A DNA stretch of 63,234 nucleotides, filler included, from Octopus bimaculoides (Eukaryota): NCBI RefSeq assembly GCF_001194135.2. It is 5 parts of 4 records of this genome, joined end to end, with 100 filler letters (N's around TTAATTAATTAA, not from the genome) between each part and the next. Parts side by side here need not be neighbours in the genome. Positions count along the whole stretch, not along the records: positions 10,377 to 34,370 come from NC_068986.1; positions 34,471 to 54,668 come from NC_069004.1; 3 more parts are not named here. One strand, given 5' to 3'. The translations under genes were made by a program, and so were the position numbers. Positions 25,698 through 40,310 of this stretch are shown here, piece by piece. Each line of letters starts with the position of its first letter. The first letter of the stretch is position 1. A model generated the notes under the pieces. That model was not told the DNA's origin and ran no database searches. It saw only the letters and a list, made by a program, of their open reading frames with translations.

Positions 25698-25870
25698 GGA
25701 GAATGTACGAAAAAACAACAACAGACGAGGACAGGTGGTGTAAATAACAAAAGGATGTATTAGTATGACGCTCGGGAATACGGAAAGTCTTTGACGTTTC
25801 GAGCTACGCTCTTCAACAGAAAGAATACGGAGACAAGGAGAAAAACACGGAGAAAAAAATTGAATAGTGT
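25698..25870 (-). mobile_element. Penelope-type terminal repeat fragment carrying a hammerhead motif
   Basis: Contains the HHR at 25788-25824 and is homologous to 26230-26400 around the shared ATGACGCTC...TTTCGAGC..GCTCTTC blocks. Confidence 0.55.
25788..25824 (-). ncRNA. Minimal type-I hammerhead ribozyme motif (one core deviation)
   Basis: The minus strand reads TCTTT CTGTTGA A GAGC-GTA-GCTC GAA ACGT C AAAGA. Stem I is 5/5 bp, stem II is 4 bp, stem III is the palindrome ACGT, and the cleavage triplet is GUC. The core is CUGUUGA rather than CUGANGA. Confidence 0.7.
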
Positions 25871-25886
25871 TCAGTCAACGGTCAAT

Positions 25887-25924
<38 letters not shown>

Positions 25925-26314
25925 TTTATTAATAAAGCTGCAAAGACGCCACAAAAACTGTTACTCAGAGTTTCACGTTCCCGTTCGTAGGACAGTTTTG
26001 GTTCAGAACGGAACAAAAATAAGGTTATATATATAGATAGACAATTACATCGATATATACACTTTTGAAATTGATTTTGCTTCATTGGTCTTTTCAACTA
26101 ACAGTCTTTTCAATAACAGGTTATATGAAATTAAAATTTCCACTTAAAATCATATATACATATATATACACACACACGCACACACGCACACACACATACA
26201 TATATGTAAATATGCAGTCATTAAAAAACAGAGTAAAAGAAAAAATAAACACGCGTGGGGACGTAACACAGGGAAAGCATTAATATGACGCTCATTGAAG
26301 GAAGAGAGTAGTTG

Positions 26315-26348
26315 TTTTAAGTTTCGAGCATAGCTCTTCTTCGGAAGC
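26315..26348 (-). ncRNA. Degenerate hammerhead motif, same family as 25788-25824
   Basis: The minus strand reads GCTT CCGAAGA A GAGC-TAT-GCTC GAAAC TT AAAAC. Stem II is intact, while the core U and stem III are mutated. Confidence 0.5.
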
Positions 26349-26434
26349 AGGAAAAACAGGAAAGTCCAATGGGAAAGAAAGAAGGAAGAAAAATTCCACA
26401 ACAGATCACGTCTGGTTACATTTCGGATATGACC

Positions 26435-26477
<43 letters not shown>

Positions 26478-26920
26478 CACCCTTAGTCGCATATAATGAT
26501 AACTGAATTTTCCATTATGGTATAATATTGCTCCTAGCCATTTATATTAATTTTGTACACGCATTTGAATTCCGCTAAACCATCCATAGATTTCTGTAGT
26601 AAATACAGAAATGCTGACGGGGAATTCGCCGATACCAGCCAATCGGGCGGCTCTTACTGATGAAGCTTGCGGATAAACGCGACACTGAACGTTTAGTCTA
26701 AAAGATTCTTGGTTCGCTCATGGGAATGTTTCTCCCCTGTAAGTGTATGTGTATGCATTTGCGCTCATGCTACAGCACAAGGAGCATTTTGCTCCTAGTT
26801 CTAGCAATGCAGGTCTCTCAGCACTGCTAGTTATATTTAGTAACGATTGAATTTTCCTTTATTATTGCGCGTAGCTGTTTATATCAATTTAATATGTATA
26901 TATGTGTATGTGTATGTGTA

Positions 26921-26973
<53 letters not shown>

Positions 26974-27066
26974 GTGTGCGTGCAAGCGCGTGCGTGTGTG
27001 TGCCTATATATTTGTTTATGCGTCTGTATATGTCTATGAACAACAAAAATGTTAGTATATTATTTC

Positions 27067-27346
27067 TTTACATTATTTACATTTGACGGATATTTGTCCT
27101 CATCTTGTTTGTTGTTAACCCAACGTTTAGGCTGATATACCCTCCAGGCTTCATGAGATGTCTAGGGGAAATTTCGAACCTGGGTTCTCATTCCTAAGGT
27201 ATTTTTTGATGTTATTATTATTATTATTATTATCATTATTATTATTATTATTAATATTATTATTATTCAGAACTCGGAATCTTGGGGTTAGTAGCCCGCG
27301 CTCTTAACCACTACGCCATATATCCGTCAAATGTAAATAATGTAAA
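27067..27346 (-). mobile_element. tRNA-headed SINE-like element (family C) with internal (TAA)n, hammerhead-like tail and 27-bp terminal inverted repeats
   Basis: A-box TGGCGTAGTGG (27318-27308), tRNA-like body to 27268, (TAA)n at 27212-27267, HHR-like motif at 27162-27117, and a perfect inverted repeat at 27067-27093 / 27320-27346. Confidence 0.75.
27117..27162 (-). ncRNA. Degenerate hammerhead motif inside SINE family C
   Basis: The minus strand reads GACAT CTCATGA A GCCTG-GAGGGTATAT-CAGCC TAA ACGT T GGGTT. The HHR layout and ACGT palindrome are present, but G5 and G12 are substituted. Confidence 0.5.
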
Positions 27347-28152
27347 TAACGTAAATAATTCCTCAGCTCTGTATATATTTTTTGTCAGTGATAAATCTAT
27401 CCATCGGGAAATCGAATTTTGTGCAGTCGTAACTTTATTGTTTAATGGCTGTAAATTTGTAACGATATATATTCTATTGTATAATTTTATAATTAATTTC
27501 ATTTGGCAATACCAGTTGATATCACTATATATAAATAATTGTTTTGTATTCTTTTATTCATATAGAAAATTAAATAGATCGATCTACACCTAAAACCAAA
27601 ATCAGTTTCAAATAAATTGGTGAAGAATGGTATACTAATTATACCAGACCAAGATTTAATCATTCTATCGTACACTCCTCACTGAAACACGTGTAAGAAA
27701 TAACGTAATAAACTATTTTCGGAACCAACTCTGCTGTTTCCTGTTGTCTTTGTCTTTTGTGAGGGGGTGGGATCTATATATACACTGTGATCTTTATGAC
27801 TGTCAGAAACCATTAGAAGGAAAGTTTTTATTAAAAGGCAACATTTCCTTTTCGTTCCTCCCATCATTGTTCCAACACCTCTCGGTATTCAGTATGGTTA
27901 TACCAACATGATTCCCTGCCACTCACTTCGAGAAAGAAAGGGGAACCCACTTTCTCTCCAAACGTATGGTACTTTGCATTCTAAATGTCTTTCCCAATGT
28001 TTCTAACATCACTTTTCTCCTCACTCCCTCCCTCTTTTTACCCACTTCTTCTCACTTACCCCACTCACCGACAGCCTCCCCCCACCCCGACTACTCCCAT
28101 CTTATCCCCACACTATCACTCGCAATTTGTACACTAACTCACAAACCATGCA

Positions 28153-28593
28153 ATTCAATGCACACAGAGAAATTAAGGCCAATAGGCCAGATATAGCTGC
28201 CAGAGATCATGAAGAAAAAAATGCTTTCTAATTGATGTATCAATACCAGCAGATGACAACGTTTCTCTAAAAGAAATGGAGAAACTTTCAAAATACAAAG
28301 ACCTCGATATAGAAGTAACTCGAATGTGGAATCTAAAAACAGAAATAATTCCTATCATAGTAGGCGCATTAGATATGATAAAAAATATACAGACAAATAC
28401 ATAACAAAAACATCAGGACTTAAAAATATATATAACATACAGAAAATTGCAAAACTGGGCACTGCACACATCCTACGCAAAACACTTTCAATACAGTAGC
28501 CTTAAGAGCATCACAGCAAACCACAGCACATACCCAAGGCACACAGAGCTGCGCTCGGTATTGAAGTGAAAGTGCCCTATAAAAATAAAACTA

Positions 28594-28596
<3 letters not shown>
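28153..28596 (+). mobile_element. R4/Dong-like LINE 3' end (REL plus 3'UTR) ending in (TAA)n
   Basis: EIKANRPDI...[28 protein letters not shown]...LGTAHILRKTLSIQ with a stop at 28497-28499, then a 3'UTR and (TAA)n at 28597-28660. Confidence 0.9.
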
Positions 28597-28657
<61 letters not shown>

Positions 28658-28665
28658 GTAGTAGT
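28597..28665. repeat. (TAA)n microsatellite joining two R4-like elements
   Basis: Direct observation. Confidence 0.95.
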
Positions 28666-28671
28666 ATGCCA

Positions 28672-30822
<2,151 letters not shown>

Positions 30823-31282
30823 NNNNNNNNNNNNNNNNNNNNNNNNNNNNNNNNNNNNNNNNNNNNNNNNNNNNNNNNNNNNNNNNNNNNNNNNNNNNNN
30901 NNNNNNNNNNNNNNNNNNNNNNNNNNNNNNNNNNNNNNNNNNNNNNNNNNNNNNNNNNNNNNNNNNNNNNNNNNNNNNNNNNNNNNNNNNNNNNNNNNNN
31001 NNNNNNNNNNNNNNNNNNNNNNNNNNNNNNNNNNNNNNNNNNNNNNNNNNNNNNNNNNNNNNNNNNNNNNNNNNNNNNNNNNNNNNNNNNNNNNNNNNNN
31101 NNNNNNNNNNNNNNNNNNNNNNNNNNNNNNNNNNNNNNNNNNNNNNNNNNNNNNNNNNNNNNNNNNNNNNNNNNNNNNNNNNNNNNNNNNNNNNNNNNNN
31201 NNNNNNNNNNNNNNNNNNNNNNNNNNNNNNNNNNNNNNNNNNNNNNNNNNNNNNNNNNNNNNNNNNNNNNNNNNNNNNNNNN

Positions 31283-31522
31283 GAACGGGATGGACTACTC
31301 GACCTGAAGAAAATTCTAACTGGGCCCCACCTGTGAGGTCATGCGCTGTTTATCTTGATATGAGATCACCATGTCGCGTACATATGGTTGTGATGCATGT
31401 GCCTGGTGTACCCTTATCAGACAAGTAGTCATGATGGGTATATTGGGGTTTGTATATTTTACCCCAGTGTCACTTTGATGGGATGCACTGCCCTCTCACT
31501 CAATAATAATAATAATAATAAT
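31283..31522 (+). mobile_element. 3' end of a retroelement terminating in (TAA)n
   Basis: A non-microsatellite block ending ...CACTGCCCTCTCACTCAATAATAATAAT. It resembles a common octopus repeat 3' tail as I recall it (unverified). Confidence 0.5.
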
Positions 31523-31885
31523 TGTAGCGGTAGCTAGATAGTTGAATGATCTCCCTTGCAAGAAAGATTATAGAGTAACCTCCCTTTCTAAGTTTCTCGA
31601 AGCATCTGTCATGAGACGTAATTCTTAATTATTCACGTAGCTTAGCGTTTCCCTTGGAAGTTTCTAGAATGTCTAGCATTCCATTAATAAAAACAGCTTG
31701 TTAACCCTACTCTTCGCTTCTTAGTCGATTAGACATTAAGCCATTCACGTCATTGTTATGTCCGGCTATATCTCTACGCCACATGACTGAAAACCACCAC
31801 TTCGCTGTTATTTCTACATTTTCTTTCTCTGAACTTTCTTGCAGAGATTACTATGAGTTACTCTTCAGTTCCCCCTATTATTACT

Positions 31886-32290
31886 GAAGAGTTGGGTAGG
31901 AGACGTGTGTCTGCAAAGTTTGTGCCAAAACTGCCTTCAGCTGATCAAAAAGACACCCGGATTTCAGTTGCTCAATATCTCCTCGATCGTATCAAAAACG
32001 ATGAAAAATTTTGAAAACTTTGCGTAGACCTCTGAGCAGATATTGCCAAGCTTTTGGCAAAATTTGATGCATATTCTCTGCTCAAGTTTCTCTGTCATGG
32101 CCAATGCGCTGATTACACGTTATACACCTTCTATCCAAGCACTGCTGTAAACAGCGGAAATGAGCTAGGACATTATACACTAGTGCGCATGCACAGCATT
32201 TTTCAAGTTCAGTCTGGGCCAAGCGGATTTACTCTGGGTGCTTCAGCTTCGTTACTATGGAACAGTCCGGATACTTATTGATCCCACATA
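31886..32290. mobile_element. Rearranged mariner fossil (5' end on minus, internal fragment on plus)
   Basis: The minus strand from 32290 gives TIR-like GTGGGATCAATAAGTATCCGGACTG and MTEKLEQRICIKFCQKLG. The plus strand at 31886-32010 gives EELGRRRVSAKFVPKLPSADQKDTRI. Confidence 0.8.
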
Positions 32291-32366
32291 TTTTGTTTGG
32301 GTTGTTTCATACTGTATACTACAATTCGCCACGTAGAATATTTTTTGGAATATTTTGCATATATAT

Positions 32367-32731
32367 CAGGACATTCCAGAAGTTCTGTCCGATTTCACCT
32401 TTTTAAAAATTGAATGAAATTTAATAGTATTTTAGAATGTCTAATGGAATTAGAAATTATTTTTATGCATTTGTGTACATTTAAACTAATCAAATATTAT
32501 TTTACAGAATAATAGAATTAAAATTTATTTGATTAAAACCCTTTCTAAGATGGAGGTATCCAAAGAGCATTTGAGGCACATAATACTTTATGAGTACAAA
32601 AAAGGAAACTCTGCAGCCGAAGCGACTCGAAACATACACTCAGTTTATGGGAAAGAATGCTTGAATGAAAGAACTTGCAGAAGATGGAGATTTCAGCATT
32701 GAAGATGAAGATCGAATAGGACGTCCAGTTG
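32367..32731 (+). mobile_element. Mariner transposon 5' part, running into the gap
   Basis: TIR-like CAGGACATTCCAGAAG after TA. ATG at 32550 gives MEVSKEHLRHIILYEYKKGNSAAEATRNIHSVYG...RTCRRW, then a frameshift to GDFSIEDEDRIGRPV (mariner HTH). Confidence 0.88.
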
Positions 32732-34322
32732 NNNNNNNNNNNNNNNNNNNNNNNNNNNNNNNNNNNNNNNNNNNNNNNNNNNNNNNNNNNNNNNNNNNNN
32801 NNNNNNNNNNNNNNNNNNNNNNNNNNNNNNNNNNNNNNNNNNNNNNNNNNNNNNNNNNNNNNNNNNNNNNNNNNNNNNNNNNNNNNNNNNNNNNNNNNNN
32901 NNNNNNNNNNNNNNNNNNNNNNNNNNNNNNNNNNNNNNNNNNNNNNNNNNNNNNNNNNNNNNNNNNNNNNNNNNNNNNNNNNNNNNNNNNNNNNNNNNNN
33001 NNNNNNNNNNNNNNNNNNNNNNNNNNNNNNNNNNNNNNNNNNNNNNNNNNNNNNNNNNNNNNNNNNNNNNNNNNNNNNNNNNNNNNNNNNNNNNNNNNNN
33101 NNNNNNNNNNNNNNNNNNNNNNNNNNNNNNNNNNNNNNNNNNNNNNNNNNNNNNNNNNNNNNNNNNNNNNNNNNNNNNNNNNNNNNNNNNNNNNNNNNNN
33201 NNNNNNNNNNNNNNNNNNNNNNNNNNNNNNNNNNNNNNNNNNNNNNNNNNNNNNNNNNNNNNNNNNNNNNNNNNNNNNNNNNNNNNNNNNNNNNNNNNNN
33301 NNNNNNNNNNNNNNNNNNNNNNNNNNNNNNNNNNNNNNNNNNNNNNNNNNNNNNNNNNNNNNNNNNNNNNNNNNNNNNNNNNNNNNNNNNNNNNNNNNNN
33401 NNNNNNNNNNNNNNNNNNNNNNNNNNNNNNNNNNNNNNNNNNNNNNNNNNNNNNNNNNNNNNNNNNNNNNNNNNNNNNNNNNNNNNNNNNNNNNNNNNNN
33501 NNNNNNNNNNNNNNNNNNNNNNNNNNNNNNNNNNNNNNNNNNNNNNNNNNNNNNNNNNNNNNNNNNNNNNNNCCCTCATCTCATCACCACACTGCCACCC
33601 GCAATCAGTACCCTCACTCACAAGCACCACTGCCCAACACATCTCCGTAACTATCACGTACCCACATGCATACGCACATAGCCCCTCCTCCACCCAACTA
33701 CCTCTTAACACCTCTACATACACCAACGTGCCCACACACATAATGTCTAGCATTCTCATGCTATGACGTATATATCCACGTACTAAGACGTTTATACCCA
33801 GACATGACTGCTCTGTGTACACGTACACCTATCCACACAGACATCCACCTACAACCTTACACTTACCCTAAACATTAAATGCATATATAAACGCAAACAT
33901 GTGCTCCTGTGCACACCTCCCTTAGATACTCGTTGTTTCCACTTTGTGTCGTCACTGCTCTCCTTAAATCCCTCATACAATGTTTGACAATTGCTCAAAG
34001 CAACAATATTTGTAACTGACATTTCAGGCCACTCACACAAACACAGACATGCAAACGCACACACACACACACACACACACAGACATGTCGCAACACACCA
34101 CACGCTCCGACATTGTTCGACTATATCTTTCTTCACTATGTATTACAAAAGCGTATAAAGCTCTTGCAAAAATATATATACACGCACAATTTCCTGTCTG
34201 CCACTTATCATTACCCAGTGTCCCACTCTCCACGCTTGTTCCAGTCATAGTCACGCGTTGCTGCTCCATAACAGTTAGGCGGCCATTTCTCCTGTCTGTG
34301 TTCCGTTGCTATTTAACCTTCA

Positions 34323-34370
<48 letters not shown>

Positions 34371-36961
34371 NNNNNNNNNNNNNNNNNNNNNNNNNNNNNN
34401 NNNNNNNNNNNNNNTTAATTAATTAANNNNNNNNNNNNNNNNNNNNNNNNNNNNNNNNNNNNNNNNNNNNATATATATATATATATATATACATGCATAC
34501 ATGCGTAGATGCATATACATATGAGAGAGTGTGCTAATATAATTACACACACGTACGGACAGGCCAGTGCACAAGCTTACACACAGAATTATACATAAAG
34601 AAAATTCAGTTAAATGCAAACGCAAACACATGCAGACGCATGCGCTCTCATGCACTTAAAAAATACGACCACACACACATATATACAGGTACAATATGTA
34701 CGTACAAGAAAATACATTCGTACACAAGCATACATACACAGGCAGAAATTCTCATACACATAAATACATAGACATATTCAAACGAAAATTGTGACAGTTG
34801 CACACACACATATACATATACACTTACAGATATATATCCATACATACAAGTATATACACAAAATAATTTGATTGTCACACACAAATATGCGAACTCGCAT
34901 ACATAAATACTCTTGAAAAATTATTGACAATTACCTACACATACATACATATAAATATGTATATATATGTATATATATGTATACATGTATATATACATAT
35001 GTATATATATATGCGTATATATATATATATATATATATNNNNNNNNNNNNNNNNNNNNNNNNNNNNNNNNNNNNNNNNNNNNNNNNNNNNNNNNNNNNNN
35101 NNNNNNNNNNNNNNNNNNNNNNNNNNNNNNNNNNNNNNNNNNNNNNNNNNNNNNNNNNNNNNNNATATATATGTATATATATGTATATAAATATATGTAC
35201 ATGGGCAGATAAGTAGATAAATAGATACCTATATGCATACATAACACACACATATATATACGGATATATACATACATACACAGTTACATGCACACATACA
35301 TACACTCACACACACACACGCACATACATCCACTCACACATATATACAACAATATCAACTAAACTGGCTTGAATAAGCAAATAGAAAGGATAAGTCCTAA
35401 TTAGCATTTCACAGTATTTTTAATTGCATTAACTAAAACAAAATTATCAAAGTTAATATTAAGAATTTCTCTCATATCAAAGTAGAATGTAATTTTTTTA
35501 TTTAGACCAGAATGTTTTTTTTTGTGAATGTTTTTAAATATTAAACATTTTTTAAAAGAAATTTCTTGTTAGTTTTTTTACTGTTTTAGTTTTCGATTTC
35601 AGCTCACTTTCTGTATGTATATGTATGAATGTGCATATGTGTGTATGTGTGCATGTGTGTATGTGTGTATGTATGTAAGTGTATGTGTGTATATATATGT
35701 ATGCTTGCATGTATTCCTGTACATACGTATTCATCTATTTCTGTAAGTAAATATGAATTTGTATGTCTGTGTGAGTATATATATATATATATTAACATAT
35801 AGTTATGTTTATATATATATATATATAAACATATAGTTATGTTGGTGCGTGTATGTGCGTATAGGTATGTATATATGTATGTGTGTGTGTATATATATAT
35901 ACACATATACACATATATACAGACGTGCAGTTCCTCGTAATTCCTCATAATTCTGATTTGTCTTATTTTTTGTTACATTTTAAAATTACTGTCCGCCTGT
36001 CTGTCTGGCTCTCTTTATGCACGTGAGCGTATACACACACACAGAACACACACATATCACACACACACATATACATACTACATCATATATATATATATAT
36101 ATGCATACATACACATATATACAAGTATTCACACATACACATATATCTACGTTTATAACATTTCCAATATAAAACGAACGATGAAATTTTTATTTGAAGC
36201 TAACTTGCCTCTCATTTTTCTAATATTCTATTTATTTTCTTTCATGGTTATATTTTGTTTTTATTTAATTTATTTTCTTCTTTCTAAATTTTCTATTGTA
36301 TTTGGATTTCGACTCTAATGCGTTCAATTTACTTTACCACCGATGTTGTCTGCTAATCCGCTCTTTGAGTTCTTTGAAGAATTTCTTGCCTTGTTACAAC
36401 ACTTATTAAATAAAATAAATATGTATATAAATATATTGAATAATTTTCAAATAAATAAATAAACAAATTGTGATAATAAAACACGCAAAAATGTATATAA
36501 GAATACCCTTACGCTACTCCTATTTGCTGCCATCAAAACAAATATTGTGGGGCGAAATTTTAACATCAAAATATACATCAAAAGATAACAACATTTATCT
36601 ATACAGAACAACAAGCACAGCAAGAAAATGACGACGAAGAAGAAAAACAAAAACAAAAATGAAGAAAGAAAACTAACCGTGGTAGTAAATATATAAATGT
36701 GAATATTAACGAAAACCCAGCATCACTGTAAATGCCGCCGGCTGAGTCAGCCGGGCTATGGATTAGAACTCTTAATGTGCTGGTACTTCTCGCTACGAAT
36801 GATCTCCGCCTACTATTTCAGAATTGTACGTTGAATAATGTAGCGCTGCGTTCTTTTTACTGAGAAAAAACCAAGGAGGTCACGGTTGGAATTTCTTTGA
36901 TCATAGGTATGTTTGATTTCCTTTAACATGAGAGTGAACAATAAATGAAAGAAACTAATAA

Positions 36962-37180
36962 TCGTTTCTATGATAGGCACAAGACCTGGAATTTTATTGG
37001 CAGGGGTGGGGGCTAGTCGGTTACAACGACCCCTGTGTTTTACTCGTACTTGATTTATCGATCCCCGAAAAAAGGAAAAGCAAAGTTGACCTCGACGGCA
37101 TTTGAAATCAGAACGTACAGACGGACGAAATACCGCTAAACGTTTTTGTCCGGCGTGCTAACGCTTCTGCCACGCAACCT
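36962..37180 (-). mobile_element. SINE family B, near full length
   Basis: The minus strand gives GGCAGAAGCGTTAGCACGCCGGAC...GTTCTGATTTCAAATGCCGTCGAGGTCAACTTTGC, with the tail GGTCTTGTGCCTATCATAGAAACG. Confidence 0.85.
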
Positions 37181-37209
37181 TAAGAAACAAATTACTACTA
37201 ATAATAATT

Positions 37210-37360
37210 TTTTCTAACTTTTGGCAAATGACCAGCAATTTTGGGAGAAGACGAAGTCGATGGCATCGATTCCAATACTGATTGGACCTCGATGATTAAA
37301 AAAAAAAATGAAAGATGAAGTCGGCTTCGATAGAATTTGAACTCAGACTGTAAAGCGGTA
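37210..37360 (-). mobile_element. Degenerate SINE family B
   Basis: GAATTTGAACTCAG and GTCGATGGCATCGAT match the reverse complement of family B. Confidence 0.6.
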
Positions 37361-37561
37361 AGAATTAGGAGTTAAGAATTACAGATGCTTAATTAATAAA
37401 TTTAACCTGCGCTTTTTTTGTTTGTGGTTCATGGATTTGATTTTGCGGTTAGTTTTCCATTTGAATTTTTCTGTTTTATTAATTCGCCATTATATATGAT
37501 ATCTATTAAAATTATACTATCACATTTACTAACCCTGGCAGTCTTATTATCTCTGACTAGA

Positions 37562-37755
37562 CCAAGGGGTGAGCTGGTAAAATTGTTTTCACGACAGACT
37601 AACTACGTTGCACCAATTCCTCAGGACCTTTAGGCTCTGTATTCAAATGTTGCTGAGATAACTTTGCCTTCCATGATTTTACGATCGAAAAAATAAGTAC
37701 CAATTCCTCCTACGCTCAAAACTGTTGACCTTGTGCCAAGATCAGAAAGAATTAT
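37562..37755 (+). mobile_element. Degenerate SINE family B
   Basis: GGGGTGAGCTGGTAAAATTG...GATCGAAAAAATAAGTACCA...CCTTGTGCCAAGATCAGAAAG. Confidence 0.6.
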
Positions 37756-38109
37756 TTCAAACTACTCCATTCTTAAAGTTGTTACTCCATTCTTAAAGAT
37801 ACACAAGAAAATATGACGCTATATACAGGAATATTTTCAGTTGACTGTACTTAAATATTTACTATATACCCGTATACAAAACTAGGAAACTGCTCATATT
37901 GGCTGGCCTTGTGCCTAATAAAAATAAAATCGATCTCCAACTTAACAAAATGGCGACTTTGAAAGAACAAGACTCTCGTTCATTAACGCCATTTTAGTTT
38001 GTATTCCACGTCTAGACAAGTCAAACAAATTGTTGTGTACACAAAACTTCTTTTACATCTCGGGTGCTAATATATTTTGACGAATTAAAATATCGTAAAC
38101 ACTAAAAAT

Positions 38110-38600
38110 ACAAAAGCCATCCTCTCTCTCTCTCTTCTCTCTCTTTCTCACGCTCTCAACATTATTTTACTCTCTCTCTTTCTCTCTTCCCTCTCTCTCT
38201 CTATACATTTAATTTCCTGTTCTTCTATCTCATGCTCAATCCCTCTTCTTTGTGTTTCTCTTTCTCCTTTCTCCTCTCACTTTTTCTCTTTCTCTTGTTC
38301 TCTCTTTTAACTTTCTCTCACTCTCTTTATTTCATTTGTCTCTTACACAGACCAACTCACACCACCACTAACATCATTTTCTCCTTCTTCCCGAATCATC
38401 CACTCCAACTACCTTACATATCTTACATGCACTCTCAATATACATTCCCCCGTCTCTCTATCTCTCTCTCTCTGTCTCTCTGTCTCTCTGTCTCTCTCTT
38501 CACATTTCAATGTTCCACCTCTCTCTCAGTCCCTCTCTCTTATATTTTACTTATTCACAGTGCATTTCGATAGCCCCCCCCCTCTCTCTCTCTCTGCTAA
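38110..38600. repeat. CT-rich polypyrimidine low-complexity tract
   Basis: Direct observation. Confidence 0.85.
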
Positions 38601-39208
38601 TTTTCAATGTTGGTATCATTTCTTCGCCTCTCTAACCCCAGACTTTCAATCTTTCTCATTTATTTCNNNNNNNNNNNNNNNNNNNNNNNNNNNNNNNNNN
38701 NNNNNNNNNNNNNNNNNNNNNNNNNNNNNNNNNNNNNNNNNNNNNNNNNNNNNNNNNNNNNNNNNNNNNNNNNNNNNNNNNNNNNNNNNNNNNNNNNNNN
38801 NNNNNNNNNNNNNNNNNNNNNNNNNNNNNNNNNNNNNNNNNNNNNNNNNNNNNNNNNNNNNNNNNNNNNNNNNNNNNNNNNNNNNNNNNNNNNNNNNNNN
38901 NNNNNNNNNNNNNNNNNNNNNNNNNNNNNNNNNNNNNNNNNNNNNNNNNNNNNNNNNNNNNNNNNNNNNNNNNNNNNNNNNNNNNNNNNNNNNNNNNNNN
39001 NNNNNNNNNNNNNNNNNNNNNNNNNNNNNNNNNNNNNNNNNNNNNNNNNNNNNNNNNNNNNNNNNNNNNNNNNNNNNNNNNNNNNNNNNNNNNNNNNNNN
39101 NNNNNNNNNNNNNNNNNNNNNNNNNNNNNNNNNNNNNNNNNNNNNNNNNNNNNNNNNNNNNNNNNNNNNNNNNNNNNNNNNNNNNNNNNNNNNNNNNNNN
39201 NNNNNNNN

Positions 39209-39252
<44 letters not shown>

Positions 39253-39559
39253 TTACTTTTAACGATGCACTTACAGAACATGCACAGATAAAAAAAAACA
39301 CGCACACACACACACACAGACATACATATAAATATAAATATAAATAATTTTATTTGAAATATATTTATCGATCTAGGTGCAATACAGGAAAAAAAAATAT
39401 CAAAGATAATGAAATAGCAACAACAACAACAGGAACAGCAACAAACACATATATAACTAATAACTCTATTATCCGCAATATTAATGAAGAAATAAATAAC
39501 AATAGAACATATATCAACCCTGAATACCAACAAATAGAGACCCACTAGCATTACGGCCG

Positions 39560-39705
39560 TGACCACCACTACGACCACGAGAAGTACGATAATGATGAGT
39601 AGAGCTATTTATTGCTATCATTAATAACAACAATAAGAGCAACAACAGCAATACTACTACTTCTGCTGCTGCTGCTGCTACTACTACTACTACTACTACT
39701 ACTAC

Positions 39706-39740
<35 letters not shown>

Positions 39741-39959
39741 TTAATAATGATAGTAACGATGATGATGACGACGATGATGATGATGGGGATGTGGAGGAGG
39801 AAAAGAATGAACAGGAGCAAGGAAGAATATGGGGGATAATGATAATGTTGGTGATATTCATCATTACCCTCAGACCTCTCCCCACCGCCGCCCCACCCAT
39901 CATCATCATCATCACCATTTTCCTATTCTTCTTCTTTTTCTTCTTCTTCTTCTTATTCT

Positions 39960-39991
<32 letters not shown>

Positions 39992-40001
39992 TTCTTATTC
40001 T

Positions 40002-40033
<32 letters not shown>

Positions 40034-40279
40034 TTCTTCTTCTTCTTCTTCTTCTTCTTCTTCTTCAACATCATCATCATCATCATACTCATCATCATCA
40101 TCATCATCATCAACTTCTTCTTCAACATCATCATCATCGTCGTCATCATCGTCATCGTCGTCGTCGTCGTCGTCATCATCGTCACGCACATAATCACCAT
40201 AAGAATACATACCATTTCATCGAAATCGTTAGCATCTTCCATCTCCACATCATCATCACCATCATCATCATCATCACCA

Positions 40280-40310
<31 letters not shown>

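Noticed and set aside
27268-27318. tRNA gene
   Set aside because: The B-box and 3' arm are truncated by (TAA)n and there is no acceptor stem, so it is a SINE head. The same applies to the family A, B and D heads.
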